A stretch of 64,000 nucleotides of DNA from Adineta vaga (lineage: Eukaryota > Animalia > Rotifera), in NCBI GenBank assembly GCA_021613535.1, contig CP075492.1, positions 13,268,001 to 13,332,000 of the forward strand, read 5' to 3'. This document shows, in pieces, positions 1 through 13,370 of the stretch. Under the pieces are notes generated by a model. It saw only the letters and a program-made list of their open reading frames with translations. It was not told the origin of the DNA and ran no database searches. A program made the translations under genes and the position numbers. Every line of letters starts with the position of its first letter. Within the stretch, counting starts at the first letter, position 1.

Positions 1-192
1 ATCAATAAGCTTGGACCAAGACCTATTCCTATACGTCAGATGAATGTGAGAAATTTGACGAATGCAATTGAAGATTTATTCAATAATTATACGGAATATC
101 GAAAGAATGCAGAAAAGATTAGTCAATTGATTCAAAATGAAAACGGTCTTGGTTGTTGTATTGAACTAATTGAAAAAGAATTTAATTTATGA
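1..192 (+). CDS. 3' end of a sterol 3-beta-glucosyltransferase-like (GT1/GT28 C-terminal) gene, partial
   Basis: Frame 1 reads INKLGPRPIPIRQMNVRNLTNAIEDLFNNYTEYRKNAEKISQLIQNENGLGCCIELIEKEFNL*. This resembles the GPxPIP...L..AI...A..I...I..E.G C-terminus of UGT51/UGT80-type enzymes. Confidence 0.65.
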   Translation: MNKLGPRPIPIRQMNVRNLTNAIEDLFNNYTEYRKNAEKISQLIQNENGLGCCIELIEKEFNL

Positions 193-235
193 TATTTTCT
201 ATCGATTTTCAGTTTTTCTGTTCTAATTTATTATT

Positions 236-1433
236 TCATAATAATAAACTTAATTTCTTTTCCTCCCAAAACTCAGGATCATCTTTTATAACTTTAATTG
301 AATCATTGACATGAATAGTGCCAGAAACAGAACGATTCTCATCAGTTGGCGCTAAATCAACACCGAATAAAGCATTAGCACCATACGGATCAGGTTTACA
401 ACGAAAGCTAAGATGAAATAGTTCTAATGAAAAGTAAAACTATAAAATAGAATTATTACCTTCGTAATGTTTTCCATGGTTCTAATTTAGGATCTTTGAT
501 ACCCGTCTTTTGATCAACTGTTGGTAACAAGCATCTTGAAAATTGAAATAAGTATTGGAAACGAATCATTAATAGAAAATAAACATACCTAAGACACGGA
601 GCAATCCAAGTTAGTTTAACATTACCAACTTCAATTTCACGCCAATGATCCTACATATCAGATATGAACTTAATTATGGTGTTTCTCTCATATCTAAATC
701 ATAAAACTTACTTCTGCAAATGGTTTTTTCGTATCGGTGACAATAATATTGGGTCGAAAATTATAAACTTCAATTTTCTTCTCTAATCGTGTATTGAGAT
801 CAGACACGGATTGTAATGAACACAAATGCAATGCACTCATATCATGATAGGCAGCTACATCTCCATCTCGAGCAACGTTTGGTACATCAGCATTTTTCGT
901 TAAACGGCCTTCAAATTTCTCATCATCAAACACGACTAAATCGAGTTCATCTTCGGTTTGAAAATAAGTTCGAAGCCAGTAAGAAACATTATCATCATAA
1001 CGTAAACCAAGAATTGAATCATCCCAACATCTAATTAAAGATATTCATTGATAAATAATCTTTTTTTTTCTCAAAAAGGAAGTTATATTTACTGGCACTG
1101 CATCACTTCTTTTGGTAATGTATTTACTGATATAAATAAATCGGGCATATTCGGGGCTCGAAGTACAAGACCATTTTCGACAACTACAGGTTGAATAAGT
1201 GCCATACGTGGTAAAACACGTTGAGTTTGATGTCGACCATTTTTAACGATCATCCATCGTCTAAACAAATAGATCGAAAAGTGTGGATTTAAACTATGTC
1301 AAAAATATACATACCGATCAAATATTCGAGGATTTGATGGAAAAGCTAAACCATATCTTGTTACGAAAGCTTCTTGTACTTTTATACCAGCACAGGATTT
1401 TACGGGATAAATAACTAATTCATGTACGTGCAT
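236..1433 (-). CDS. MOSC-domain molybdenum cofactor protein (mARC/YcbX-like), multi-exon
   Basis: Starts MHVHELVIYPVKSCAGIKV..., then DRRWMIV, FRPNIIV, and CLLPTVDQKTG in a later exon; ends GTIHVNDSIKV...LLL*. Short GT-AG introns. Confidence 0.85.
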
Positions 1434-1860
1434 TTCGTTTTTTACTAAAATTTATATGTGATAGAATCGAATCTACGCGTTAGAAAGAGAAAAAGATGAA
1501 TATAAAGTAGAAAAGATTAGTTATTTTGCGTTCTTACTGTCGATAACCTCAAACGGGAGAAGCACGTGGTATATAACATAATCTAAAGATTTAGTGGAAA
1601 CGCATCGACTTTTCACGCTGATAAGATTCTATCAGTCACTAAATGAAGATAATCGATGTAAAAATATATCAAAAGCATTTAAAGAATATTTATTGAGCTA
1701 AATGTCAACATTAAATCTATCCTTTTTTTGTAAGCAATAAATGATTTGTATATAATAATTGAAAGATATTTTATGACTGTAATCTTTCTTCAACATTTTC
1801 ACAAATATGATCCCTTCTATTCTGTCTGTACGATGTAAATAAAAGATAATTCAAAGAACT

Positions 1861-3736
1861 ATGTTGTTAAGAGCAATTTTGTCTTTACTTTTTGATTTAT
1901 ATGTTCAATCTTGGTCTTACTGTTGATCTCTTACCCTAGGAAAAGTATCTTGATTTAAGAAGCATAGAAAAACCTTTAGATCTAGTTGTTAATCAATCAT
2001 CACTTGCACATCAACATTTTCTCATTGGTTATCTATGTTTACGTTCGTTCCAGTACGAGTTTGTACAAGAAACTTTAGCAATGGCTCTCGAAACAGACAA
2101 TACACTTGTTGAAACTCACGTTGGAAGATTATTGACGTTTGTATCTATAATTGAAAGCTACCTATGATTGATATAATCTGCATTTTAGACATAAACAAGC
2201 ATTATGGCAGTATGTCAATCTGCTTATGATAACATCACAGAAGGCGAAGATGCTTTTCTTGAATCAATGCTCAATCTGACACAAACATTCCCATCAGATA
2301 TCGATGCTCAAACTCAACTTGGTCTCGCTTAACTCATCAAAGCGAAACGTCAAACTGTTGAATTAAAAATATTAGAATCATCTTATATGTCACAAGTAAG
2401 AAAAATCTTACGAGCTGCTTTAGTTCAAGAATCATTACATCCTGGTTGTTTAAATTATTTGATTCATGCTTTTGATATTCCACGAGTTGATATAGTTCTT
2501 CAAGTCACTTCTTTTGCTCACAAATACAGACAAGAAGTAGCTCGTACTGTTTCATATGCACAATATATGTCATCACATATATGGATTTGCAAAGGTTAAT
2601 TTCGAAAATACTAGTTGTTACTGTCAAACAATGTTTATATGTTTATGTTTAGGTGAATGGTCATTGGCACATGCAGATAATTCAAGATCCGTGGAAGTCA
2701 GTTTGATCCTTTGTATAATTATACAAATGTTAGTAATAACGAACAAATTTCATCGTTGTCGTTTTCCGAATTAGTTACTCAATTATATGTGAGTCAATCC
2801 AAAGCTCTAATCGTATGTGATGCTGAAAATCGATCTCATTCACAAGAATGACTCATTTATTCGTATTTATAAACAGGTCGATATAAAATGACTATTAATG
2901 TACTAAACGTTCTGAAACTTTCACATAGAATATTACCATCACATGTTGATTATGTAGCACATTTATATAAAGCACACGTTCATATGGTCATACATGGATT
3001 CTTTTGGATTATACATGATAAAAAAAGAAATCAGAAACAATATGTTCAAGCAATCAATGATATACTTGGAGATATCAATGCTAGTCCTATTGAAATATTG
3101 ATAGATAATACAACAAGTGCACCGTACTTAGCACGAACTGAAGCTCTCATTCGATTTGGTAAGTTATATTGTTCTATTTGACTCTATTTCTTCGTCAATC
3201 AATGGTCTAAGTTTAATTTCATACATTTTAAATTGTAGCGGAATATCTTCGCTTGTTAGTGACCGTTGATAATAGTACTATTCATACAATAGCACTCGTA
3301 GGTCATCTGTCACGAATGACTGCAGTGGCATCGCTCATCGAATCGATATCTAAGTCTATATCAACACGGATTTCAATGCTTTACGATGGTGCTTCAATGA
3401 ATTTGCTTTCTATGTTTTAATCATTCATCAACATTTGCTTCATCTTATGCACTCAATAATAGCATCGTTGCTGTCAATGCACTCGGTATGGTTCGAGCTT
3501 ATGTTCAAATGGGACGAACAAATGAAATCAATCAACTATATGAAAAAATTCTCCAAAGCTGGTCAGATTCATCAAATTCACCTTTTATTGGTGGACTTGT
3601 CGTTCAAGAAGCAAGTGATTATCTTCTAGCTATAAAAACAAATCAAATAAAAAACAATACTCCGAACTATAACTCATTCTGTAAACTAGTTTTTGTATTT
3701 TGTTTTCTTACTTACTTACTTTATTACATTCATTGA
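1861..3736 (+). pseudogene. Decayed TPR-like gene of a bacterial-type family, carrying spliceosomal introns
   Basis: Motifs AHQHFLIGYLCLRSFQYE, FPSDIDAQTQLGLA*L, HPGCLNYLIHAFD, AQYMSSHIW, SHSQE*LIYSYL*TGR. In-frame stops at 2330-2332, 2849-2851 and 2870-2872 fall inside conserved-looking motifs; further frameshifts downstream. Confidence 0.7.
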
Positions 3737-4021
3737 TATTTTTGTTTAATTTACTAATAGATTTTATAGTTTTTTGCGACTAGCCCCTTTAAATAAATTA
3801 GTTAGAATATCATTATTTTGAGATCAGTCGTTGTTTTCTACTGACATCGTCTTTGGTGATTACATAACGAAAAAAAAACACTTTTTTTTCTATTCTGTAC
3901 TCTATCAACTCTTGCAAGTTGTATTTTATTTTATTTTATTTTCGTTCTGTAGTAACAACGTGTTTTTTTTGTCTATACCCAAATATATTTCTGACAAAAG
4001 TACCGATTGTCACTTCACCCA

Positions 4022-7000
4022 ATGACTCTCGTCGAAGAAACAGTAAAATCCAAAAAAGTTCAACGATACTTTTTATTACTTATTTCACCGATAACATGGT
4101 TTAAATGTTTGGCATTAATCTTCTATCGTACTCGTGCACGAACGCGCAGAATTGCATTCTTGCAATATCTCGTTCTTCTATGTGTCGTAGTCCTGATGAT
4201 AAGTTCATGCTATCTCTTCTATGCTGTGACAGCAGATTCTGGTGAATACAATCTGTACCTATCCAATGTCGCTTCAAATAAAACATCAATGATTGAAGGA
4301 AGACAACAATTCGATGCTCTTATCTGGCGAAGTGTACTTAAAACACTTTTTCTTGGTGTTATTTTTGGTCTAATTCAAGCATGTAATTTCTATTTAGCCG
4401 CTCAATGGCGTCAACGATTATGTGATCGATATCATGAACTACTATTCAAATCACCTAATGGGTGTGTTCTATATGAAACAGCACAGATAGATGAAGATAT
4501 ACCGAAAGTCATTACAAATGATATTAAACAATTTACTACTAATCTATGTACAGTTCTATTTGGATCGATATTTTTTGCTGGTATGATTTCGGTTGTTGTT
4601 GTCATTATTATTGCCTGTATCTTTCTCGTACTTGCTGCAAATGGAGATGCCAGTGGTATACTAATCTGTTTTAGTGCATTTATTCTTTGTGTATTGTTAA
4701 TATTACCGAGTACACAATTGTACAATTGGAACTTGATTAAACAAGTTCGTACTTTAATTGTGAATTTCGTAAAATAATCTTTATATTTAGTCGAAATTAC
4801 AAGGCTATTTACGTGGATATATACAACGTATTCAAACAAATGCTGAATGTATTGTATTGTATGGTAGTCAACGTGTCGAACTACAATATATTCTAAGATT
4901 GATATCAAATATTCGAAATTCTATGTTCATTGGTTCAATTAGTTTTGCCTTAGTTAATTTTCCCATTCAATTACTTTGTAAATAAAAAAAAAGCAACTCT
5001 CTTTTCGATTTCTGTGATAAAATTTTATTCGATGTTTTTCTTCTAGCTTCTCTCAATGGTATGTGCACGTATATTATGCCAACTGTCGTTTTCTTCTTTA
5101 TTCGAAGTACACAAACACCTGAATTAGCACAAGCATATTTAAGTAAGAGAAGGTATTCAAATGTGAGAAAGAACATTAAAATTTTATTTTCTAGCGGCAA
5201 TTCCATTGTATTCTTTCTTAATTACAGTACTTGGGCAATTACTGTTAATCATGGAACCAGCTTTGATCACAGTAACTATGGGTGATCATTTATGGACATT
5301 ATTAGATCGTTTGGAAAATCTAACCGAAGAACATCAGAAACGTATTGAATATGAACAAACTCATAATATTAGACAAGACGATGTAAATAGATTCACTCTG
5401 GAACATTTGAATATATCTGTGTCAAGTAAGAAACTACAGAGTAATATCAATTTCGATGCAAACCGCGGTCAATGTGTTCTTATCTCTGGGCCGAGTGGAT
5501 GTGGAAAAACATCATTATTTCGTATCTGCGCCGGACTTCGACCTATCGATGCTGAACGAATTTTATTACCAGAGCGTCGAAATCTTCTCTTTATTCCTCA
5601 AAGACCATACTTACCTCTTGGTAATCTCCGATTTCAAGCACTTTTCCTCTTAGAACAACCACACAATATCAATGATGAAGATATCTATCAATTATTTCAA
5701 GTAGTCAATCTTCAATGTCTACTCGAAAGATATACATTAGAAACTGTAAGTTCTTAAAAGATTTCATTTAAGAATTCTTTTTCTTTCTTAAGATTGTTGA
5801 CTGGTCTAAAATATTATCTGTGGGTGAACAACAACGTTTATCATTTGTTCGTTTATTTGCCTATGTTACTCTATCATCGAATCACGATCAATTAGTTCGA
5901 GAAATTCTAGTTCTTTTTGATGAATCAACTAGTGCCGTCGATGCCAAAACAGAACATGAAATCTATGCACATTTAATTCGATTACAAGTATGGTTTGTAA
6001 CTATATCGCATCGATCATCACTTATTCATCTACATCCAAAATCGTTACATTTATACACGAACAAAACTCTACAACAGCAAACTACAACCATATTGTCCCT
6101 TGAAAATAACGAAGACGTTCACACAAATGAGCTGCCTGAGACGAAAGAATATCAAGTAATGATTGTTCAGGTTGATTTCCATAAAAAGATCCATTATTGC
6201 GTTTTTTAACCTAGATCAAAAATGATTCAGCAAATAATAGAGAGACGACATCAGATACAACCATGAAGAGCAATTTCAAATGGCAACATATAGTTGATAT
6301 ATTTAAATTCATTCATCTACCCTTTCATTCAATTGATAAAAATCTTAAATTACAAGTATGTTATTAGTGTAAATTAAAAATTATACATATACATTCTCTC
6401 TTTTATGCTGATAGACAATCATTGCATGGATTGTCACACTTGTAATACTTGGTGCTAGTACTTGGTGTACATATCGTTTTACTAAACAGACAGCATCTCT
6501 ATACAATGTTCTATCCGATTATAGTAGCAATTTAGTTTCTTTGGATAATGCAAAACAAAAGATAAAATCAGACATTACTAGTTAATTATACTTATGCTAG
6601 CTACACCTGCTCTGTTTTCTTTAACTGTCGGTGGTGGTCAAATAATAGCAACTCTGTACAGTCGTCGACAAATGCTTTATTTAACACACTTTTTCTTAGA
6701 TCGATCAGAGAATGAAAAGGAGAATAATCTCGTATATCATAGTAGACACATGACCGTGATACCCAATTTTCTGTCACATGATATTTCAGAGTTTAATAAT
6801 CAACTCTTTTATTTTATCTTTGGTCATATCTATTACACTGGCGTTATTGGTAAGATTGGCATATAGGCGTATATGTAATGAGTATTGTTTTGATAGGTCA
6901 AATCATATTAGCTATCATCTTAGCTGTTCTACTTGCTGAACAAAGTGGTGGTTCTATTGGTGTTATCGTTATTTATGCATTTGTCTTTGGTTTTTTCTTT

Positions 7001-8287
7001 TTCACAAATTTACTCTCTGTTATTTTCAACAAATGGATTCGTAGGGATGAAACAAAATTCGCTGATTTTGTCAGCGGACATAAACGTGTCGATCTCCAAG
7101 CTGAACAAATTGCACTTTCTGGTGAAAGAGCATGTCGCATCGAAGAAGAAGAACTACATCAAAAATTGGATTCATCTATTCATTCTCAAATGCATTCTGG
7201 CTTTTATATTCGATTATAGTTGGTGTAGTCAGATTATCCGTAGTCAATACTTATCTGGTTAATTATGGTATACCAGCAGCTATTTTCTTTCATGCTTGGT
7301 ATAACGAAGGATTAGCTGATCCAACAAAAGCAAGTCGATTTGTTACTCTAAGTGTATATATGTTTCAATTGTATTCTTCATGGAATTATATTAATTATTT
7401 TGCTGATCCTCTAATACGTATGCAATCTATTGGGATACGTATTATTACTTATATAGGTGAGTTAAAGATGATAGTGGTGAGTTTTGTAATTGAAAATTTC
7501 AGACTATCTTCGACAAATCAAAGAACGAAAACAAGAAAGACGTGAATATATTCGAGCGAAACCCAATGAACCATCTATCATTCTTGAACATGTCGATGTT
7601 TGTATTCCTCAATCATCTCAAGTGTTGATATCCGATATCAATTTGATACTTTCATCCACAGATAATCTCATTATTACTGGTCCATCAGGATGTGGAAAAT
7701 CGTCTCTACTTCGTCTTTTAGCTGGTCTTATTTCAAATGAAAATAATGCAAGGAATTCTAATATACGTATGTGTCCACGTCAAAATACTATCTTTCTCTG
7801 CCAACAATTGTACTTAATCCAAGGTACTCTCAGAGAACAACTTTCTTATCTTCGACAAGTATGAATACGATTTCTGTTTAGAAAAAAAAACACTGATTTA
7901 ATTCAATTCTAGGCACATGGTTTAGGATTGATTACAGACTATCTTCAAGTTCAACAACTACTTGATGAATTTGGTCTAAACCATCTTGTCGAACAATATT
8001 CTATGGATGGACAACAACAAAATTGGTCACAAATGCTTTCGATTGGAGAACAACAAAGATTAATGATGATAACTGCATTACTTGTTGGAAAAGATATCAT
8101 TGATTTGTTGATATTAGATGAAATAACTTCGGGATGTGATCAACAAACAGAAGAAATTATCTATGAATATCTCCAACGATCATCTCTACAGTTTGTATCT
8201 ATCTCACATCGAAAAGAAATTGAAAAATACCACTCATGCAAGATGACAATCAATGCAAATAAACAGGCACATGTAACAATGTTCTAG
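4022..8287 (+). CDS. Full-length (TMD-NBD-TMD-NBD) ABCD-subfamily ABC transporter with two apparent 1-bp homopolymer deletions
   Basis: NBD1: GPSGCGKT, PQRPY, LSVGEQQR, LFDESTSA, ISHR. NBD2: GPSGCGKS, LSIGEQQR, ILDEITS, ISHR. Two TMDs with EAA-like segments (RIQTNAECIVLYG; RVDLQAEQIALSG). Halves are joined in frame by phase-0 introns at about 6156-6214 and 6356-6414. Confidence 0.85.
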
Positions 8288-8329
8288 TTATTTTATTTTT
8301 GATAAAGAAACGATTATTGTTTAGTTCTG

Positions 8330-9070
8330 AGGTACAATCTGAGTTCGACAAAATAATAATCGAATGATTAACTTGAAATTTTTGCGATAATAACTACTGG
8401 TTAATGTATAAATAGAAAATGAATATGCCTTGTTAAATGTATAAAAAATGTGCATATACAGAAAGCAATCACTTGTATAGTAACGATACGCAAAATAGCA
8501 CGTTCATTCGCTGTAATTGCTTTTCTTCTCGTTCCATTCAATTAGTAAGAGCTGAATTATGTTGATTATAACGCAATCGTGCCGTCTTTTGAGCATTGAG
8601 AAACATCCCTCTTATACCAAAGTACACAATAAATACGAGTGGTGTGATTAACTGGAAGATGAAAGTAAAACATGGATTCACTGTATTACATATTGAATTC
8701 TTGTTTGAACACGGTACTATTGGTAGTTTATTTTCTAATTGGAGGCAAATAATAATTTGAATATAGATAATTAGAACCAGACATGTAATTATACTGATTA
8801 TATATTGGGTGATACGTCGATTAACAAACTGACGTTTTGAAATGATCGTTAAGGGTGACATATAACGATCGAAACAACTACCGATCATAAACCATGTTGC
8901 CCGAACATTGGCAGTCGTTGAGATGTAATTGATTGTTTTGCAAAGAATTAAATCGTGTAAATTGAAAAACCGTAGAATGTACCCATCAAAGTATTTGTAT
9001 ACATAATGAGTAAACTAGTGATTGATGGTTCCGAAAGATGAAATATACATGAAGATTGACACCAAATCGA
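8330..9070 (-). pseudogene. Frameshifted rhodopsin-like 7TM receptor remnant
   Basis: LILCKTINYISTTA...WFMIGSCFDRY (TM3 DRY) and a TM6-like RAILRIVTIQVIAFCIC lie in different frames, with stops and no splice sites to rescue them. Confidence 0.6.
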
Positions 9071-9371
9071 TGTTAAGTAAATAGTAGTAATATCAACGTA
9101 CCTGAAAGATAATTCTCTTAATACTTAAACTTCGATTTCAATATATTCAAATGGAAAACTAATAAGTAAGATTTATAAGTCATTTTGTTTAATTGTGATA
9201 TATCTATAAAGAATAATTTATTAACAGAAGAAAGATAGAAATATATACTATTTAAAAAAAAACAACAACATACTAATCCCTTCTTCGTTTTACAAAACAA
9301 AAAATAAATTAATTCAGAGAAATGATATGTAGAAAGAAGAAGGATAAATATAAAGTCGTCTTTTTTTTCTT

Positions 9372-11102
9372 TCATGAAAAAATGTTCGTTTCATCATCAT
9401 CCAATTGTTCATTTTGTGTTGAATGTGAAGAAAATCGATTCCAGAAAATATTAATTTCATTGAAATAATAAACGACAAGTAAATTAAAAAACACCAGAAT
9501 AATAAGACACATTTGAAGAATCATTGGTGAAATGAATTCCTTCTTTTTTGTCGATTTATTCAATATTAAATTTGATTGATTCTAAAGTAAAATTCATACG
9601 AATTTGTCTTCAATGGATGAAATAAATAGTTCGTACTAACAGGCACTTTTACTGTTGTATTATTTGTCCATGATCGTGATAAACGTTGTAATTGTTCATC
9701 AGTTGCACGCATCTTTTCTAATAATCGATCATAACGTTGTAGTTTATTGTTATGTTCAATATCAGATGAATGTGATGGATATCGAATTTCTTCGTATTGA
9801 GAAGTGGGTGTGAGAGAATGATTGGTCATAGAAGAAGTTTCATATGAATCTATGGATGATGATGATGAAGGATGAAACAATGTACGATAACGAACAGATA
9901 TCGGAATCATTGAAGAAGAAGTTCGAAGACAAGGATTACTTGAAGAACGAGTAGATAAAGGAGATGGAATCATCTCTTTTCTGTAAAGAAAAAAAAATAG
10001 AAAATAGAACTTAATAGAAATTCAAATAATTACTTTTTTGTTGATGGTTTAAATGATTTCTCTCTTCCTTGATGAATATATTCTCTAACGGGTGACCATG
10101 ACACATGTTGTCTTCTATTCATCGGTCGACGATATTGATTGGAAAAAGTATGCCAAACAGTAGGTTCTGTTTGTTGTGAGAATCTTTGTCCTGACAATGA
10201 TCTTGATTGTGATTTATTTAGATTTGGAGGAATATAGATATCTCCTCGATAGGGTTTAATATAATATCGAAGTCGAGATGGACGACGTGTATTAACGTTG
10301 GATGAATCAAATATATTTATGGTTGGTTCAAATAAAGAACGATGAGATGAAGAATAAGAATGTACTGGTTGTTTTGCTGTAACACCAGCAAGGTATTGAA
10401 CTTGATTAGATTGATAATCATTTGATTTCTTCTTCAGTGGAGAAGAAGGTGATGGTGAAGGTGAACGAGATCGTGAATGAGGTATTGATATTGTATCTTT
10501 TGTTGACGTTTTCTTTAGAATAGATTTAGTAGGTGAAGAAATATTTCGATCATTCGTTTGATTTCGAAGTGGTTCCTAAAATACTTGGTGATTGAAAAAT
10601 TCTAGAGAAAATTGATTTACTTCAAATGCAATTAAATATTCTTCATCCAGACTATCTGGTTCGCTAGGTGTTTTTGATAACGATTGATTATTCTTTTCGT
10701 CTTTCAATTGATATTCATTTTCATAGAAATGTTTCGTTATTTGATCTTCACAAGAATTCACTTGAAAGCATGGTTCAGTTTTAACAATCGTTGTCTTTGA
10801 TGATGATGATGATGGAAATCGATCATCATCAAATTTCACACGTATACCATGTCGAGTTGTAGTAAGTTCTTTTTCAAGTTCTTCAAATTGACGAATTTCA
10901 TCACGAGCTCGTCGTTCATCATCAAGAAAATTCGTTCCTACACTCGAACTACTTGTTGGAGTTGTAATCATCTGAATAAAGTAAAAAATAAAAGACATCT
11001 TATTTAATTGACTGTAGTGATTACTTCATCATCTTGTTGTTCAACAATAGGTTCGAGTCTTTTTGAATCTCCATAACGTCGACGTTCTTCTTCGTCATAC
11101 AT
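9372..11102 (-). CDS. Orphan Ser/Pro-rich protein with short coiled coil and C-terminal transmembrane segment
   Basis: Exon 1 MYDEEERRRYGDSKRLEPIVEQQDDE|gt, followed by exons matching ORFs 10576-10998, 9566-9973 and 9372-9563. TM segment MILQMCLIILVFFNLLVVYYF lies near the end. Confidence 0.6.
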
Positions 11103-11730
11103 TTTCGTTCCACCGCAAATAACTGATGAAAGAGAAAAGAAACCCGAAAAAGAATATCTGTACAGCTGTTACATTGTTCGTATTCTAAATCATTGGTGGA
11201 CATTTATGAATAGTTTTTCTCTCTGTTAAGACATGTTGTTTATAGGCCTATGTGTGTCACATATGTTGCCAGTGATTTTTATCTATTATCATAAAATTCG
11301 AAAAAAATATTAGTTTTCTACAAAAGTAGTTTTCGTGGATTTGCTTCAGTTATTCTGAAAGAAACTAAAAGAATGAAGAGTGCAAGAAATTATGATGTTT
11401 TGACAACAATTTCTTCATTCATATCGGATTAATAGGTATGGTCACACGTGGAAATGACGATTTGTTATAATATTCAAAAAGATTCATTATACATATTCTC
11501 TATGTGAATATACAATCTGAGCTGATATATGTGATGGTTCATCAAAAATCAATCTCACTACTGTAATAGATGTCACAGCATTCTGAAAGAAAAGAAGATA
11601 TATAATTTGATCGAATCATAACATATACCCATTAAATCCTCTTCTCTTTCTGTACTACAAATATGTATAGAATGAAGATATATCTTCATTCTTTTTTTAT
11701 CTTTCGAATAATTTTGTGTAGAAGAGAAGA

Positions 11731-12930
11731 ATGTCAAGTCCTATGGCTAATGTACCATCATCAATAATTCCCAGCGATTCTCCTTCAACACCAAATAGTA
11801 ATATTAGTCTATTAGATACATCTCAATCTCCTGGTTAGGAAATTTCTATTTTTCGAAAAGAATTAAATCATTAACAAAATCTATATTTGATATAGATGCA
11901 CCAACTCATCTTGTTCCACAACAAACAACACACAATTGGACAAATACATTTGATACATTACGTCAATGGAGTACTCGTACATTTAAATTTACACGTCAAG
12001 TATTTCATGAACGCATAGGACAATGTACTCGAACACAAGATTCAGAACTTGAACAAAAGATTGAAGTTCGTTTTTCTTTCTTTAAGAAATATATACATCG
12101 ATATATCATCGTAGCTTTTTCGAGAGACAAAACGTCAATATGAGTATTTATTAAAAGAAGCTCGTCAAATGTCTATACACTTTGCCGGTCTTCTTCAAAC
12201 TCAACGTTCTCTCAGTACGGGTCACAAAATGATTTTTGTTTTCATAGAAATGTTCAAAAATATTTCAGGTCAATCTTTTATTGAATTACAACGAATATCA
12301 ACAGGAACATTTGATCTGTGTGAACAATTTGCTCGAAATGGTCATTGTCAACAAGTTCTTGGACATAATGGTGATGCTTTATTATGTAAAATAATACTTT
12401 TATCTTAATCAAATGAAATAAAGAATATCAATTAATTTAGATTCAATAAATGCATTCGTTGGAGCTTTACAAACTTTAGTAACAAAAACCATGGAAGATA
12501 CTTTAATGACATTGAAAGCATATGAAAAATCCAGGTAATAGGAATATTTTCGACGAATCATCTTCAACTAAAACTGATTGTAGAATTGAATATGATGCAT
12601 ATCGATATGATTATGAACTTGTCTTAGCACAAAATCCCAGTGGAGGTGTTACATTATCGAATTCTGAAGAATATATTGAACGACAATATCATCATTTTAA
12701 AGATCGTTATGAAAAATTAAAAACGAATCTGACGGTCAAATTACATTTACTTGAAAATAATCGCGTAAGTCTTTGTTCGATGAAATCATATGGTTAATTA
12801 TGAAGAATTCTTTTTTTTTCAGATAAAAGTTATGCAACAGCAGTTGGCCTTATTTCATAATGCAATTGGAAGTTATTATTTAATGATAGGACAACAGCTG
12901 AATTGGCAAAATAAGGAACAGAGCAATTGA
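11731..12930 (+). CDS. ARFIP: Arfaptin (AH/BAR domain)
   Basis: [85 protein letters not shown]. Confidence 0.85.
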
Positions 12931-13343
12931 TTGAGTTATTTATTTTTATCAGTTTGTATTCTATCGTCGATGTTGTAGATTGTTCGAATGTTTTATTTCA
13001 GAATAAAGTTTTTCTTTTTAAGTTGTTGAATTGCAGTCGATATTTTGATTATGATAAGATGATAGATAAACTTATTGAAGAAATATGTCTTCTGTAGTTC
13101 ATTGAGTTAACATTTGTTACTGTTCAACCCTGAGAAGGAAATGATGTATAATACTTGATAGGAATTAATCTGCTTATCCCTTGACTAAATTTGTGTATAA
13201 TCATACTCTTAATGGACTTACTTATGTTTTTATTGCCGCTAATGTATGTAAACAAATTCTTAGTTGACTGACTGAATGAAAGAAATCTCAAAAACCTAAT
13301 GATTTGGATCTGATCAAAAGCGAAATAGTATTGACATTTGTTT

Positions 13344-13370
13344 GATGATGATGATGATGATGATGATGAT
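13344..13370. repeat. (GAT)9 microsatellite
   Basis: Perfect trinucleotide run upstream of the RhoGEF ATG. Confidence 0.9.

Noticed and set aside
2330-2872. Stop-codon reassignment or readthrough as explanation for the in-frame stops
   Set aside because: Both TAA and TGA occur alongside frameshifts, and neighbouring genes use the standard code; ordinary pseudogene decay fits better.
4432-4908. 158-aa antisense ORF over the ABCD gene
   Set aside because: No motifs, and it spans an intron of the sense gene; shadow ORF.
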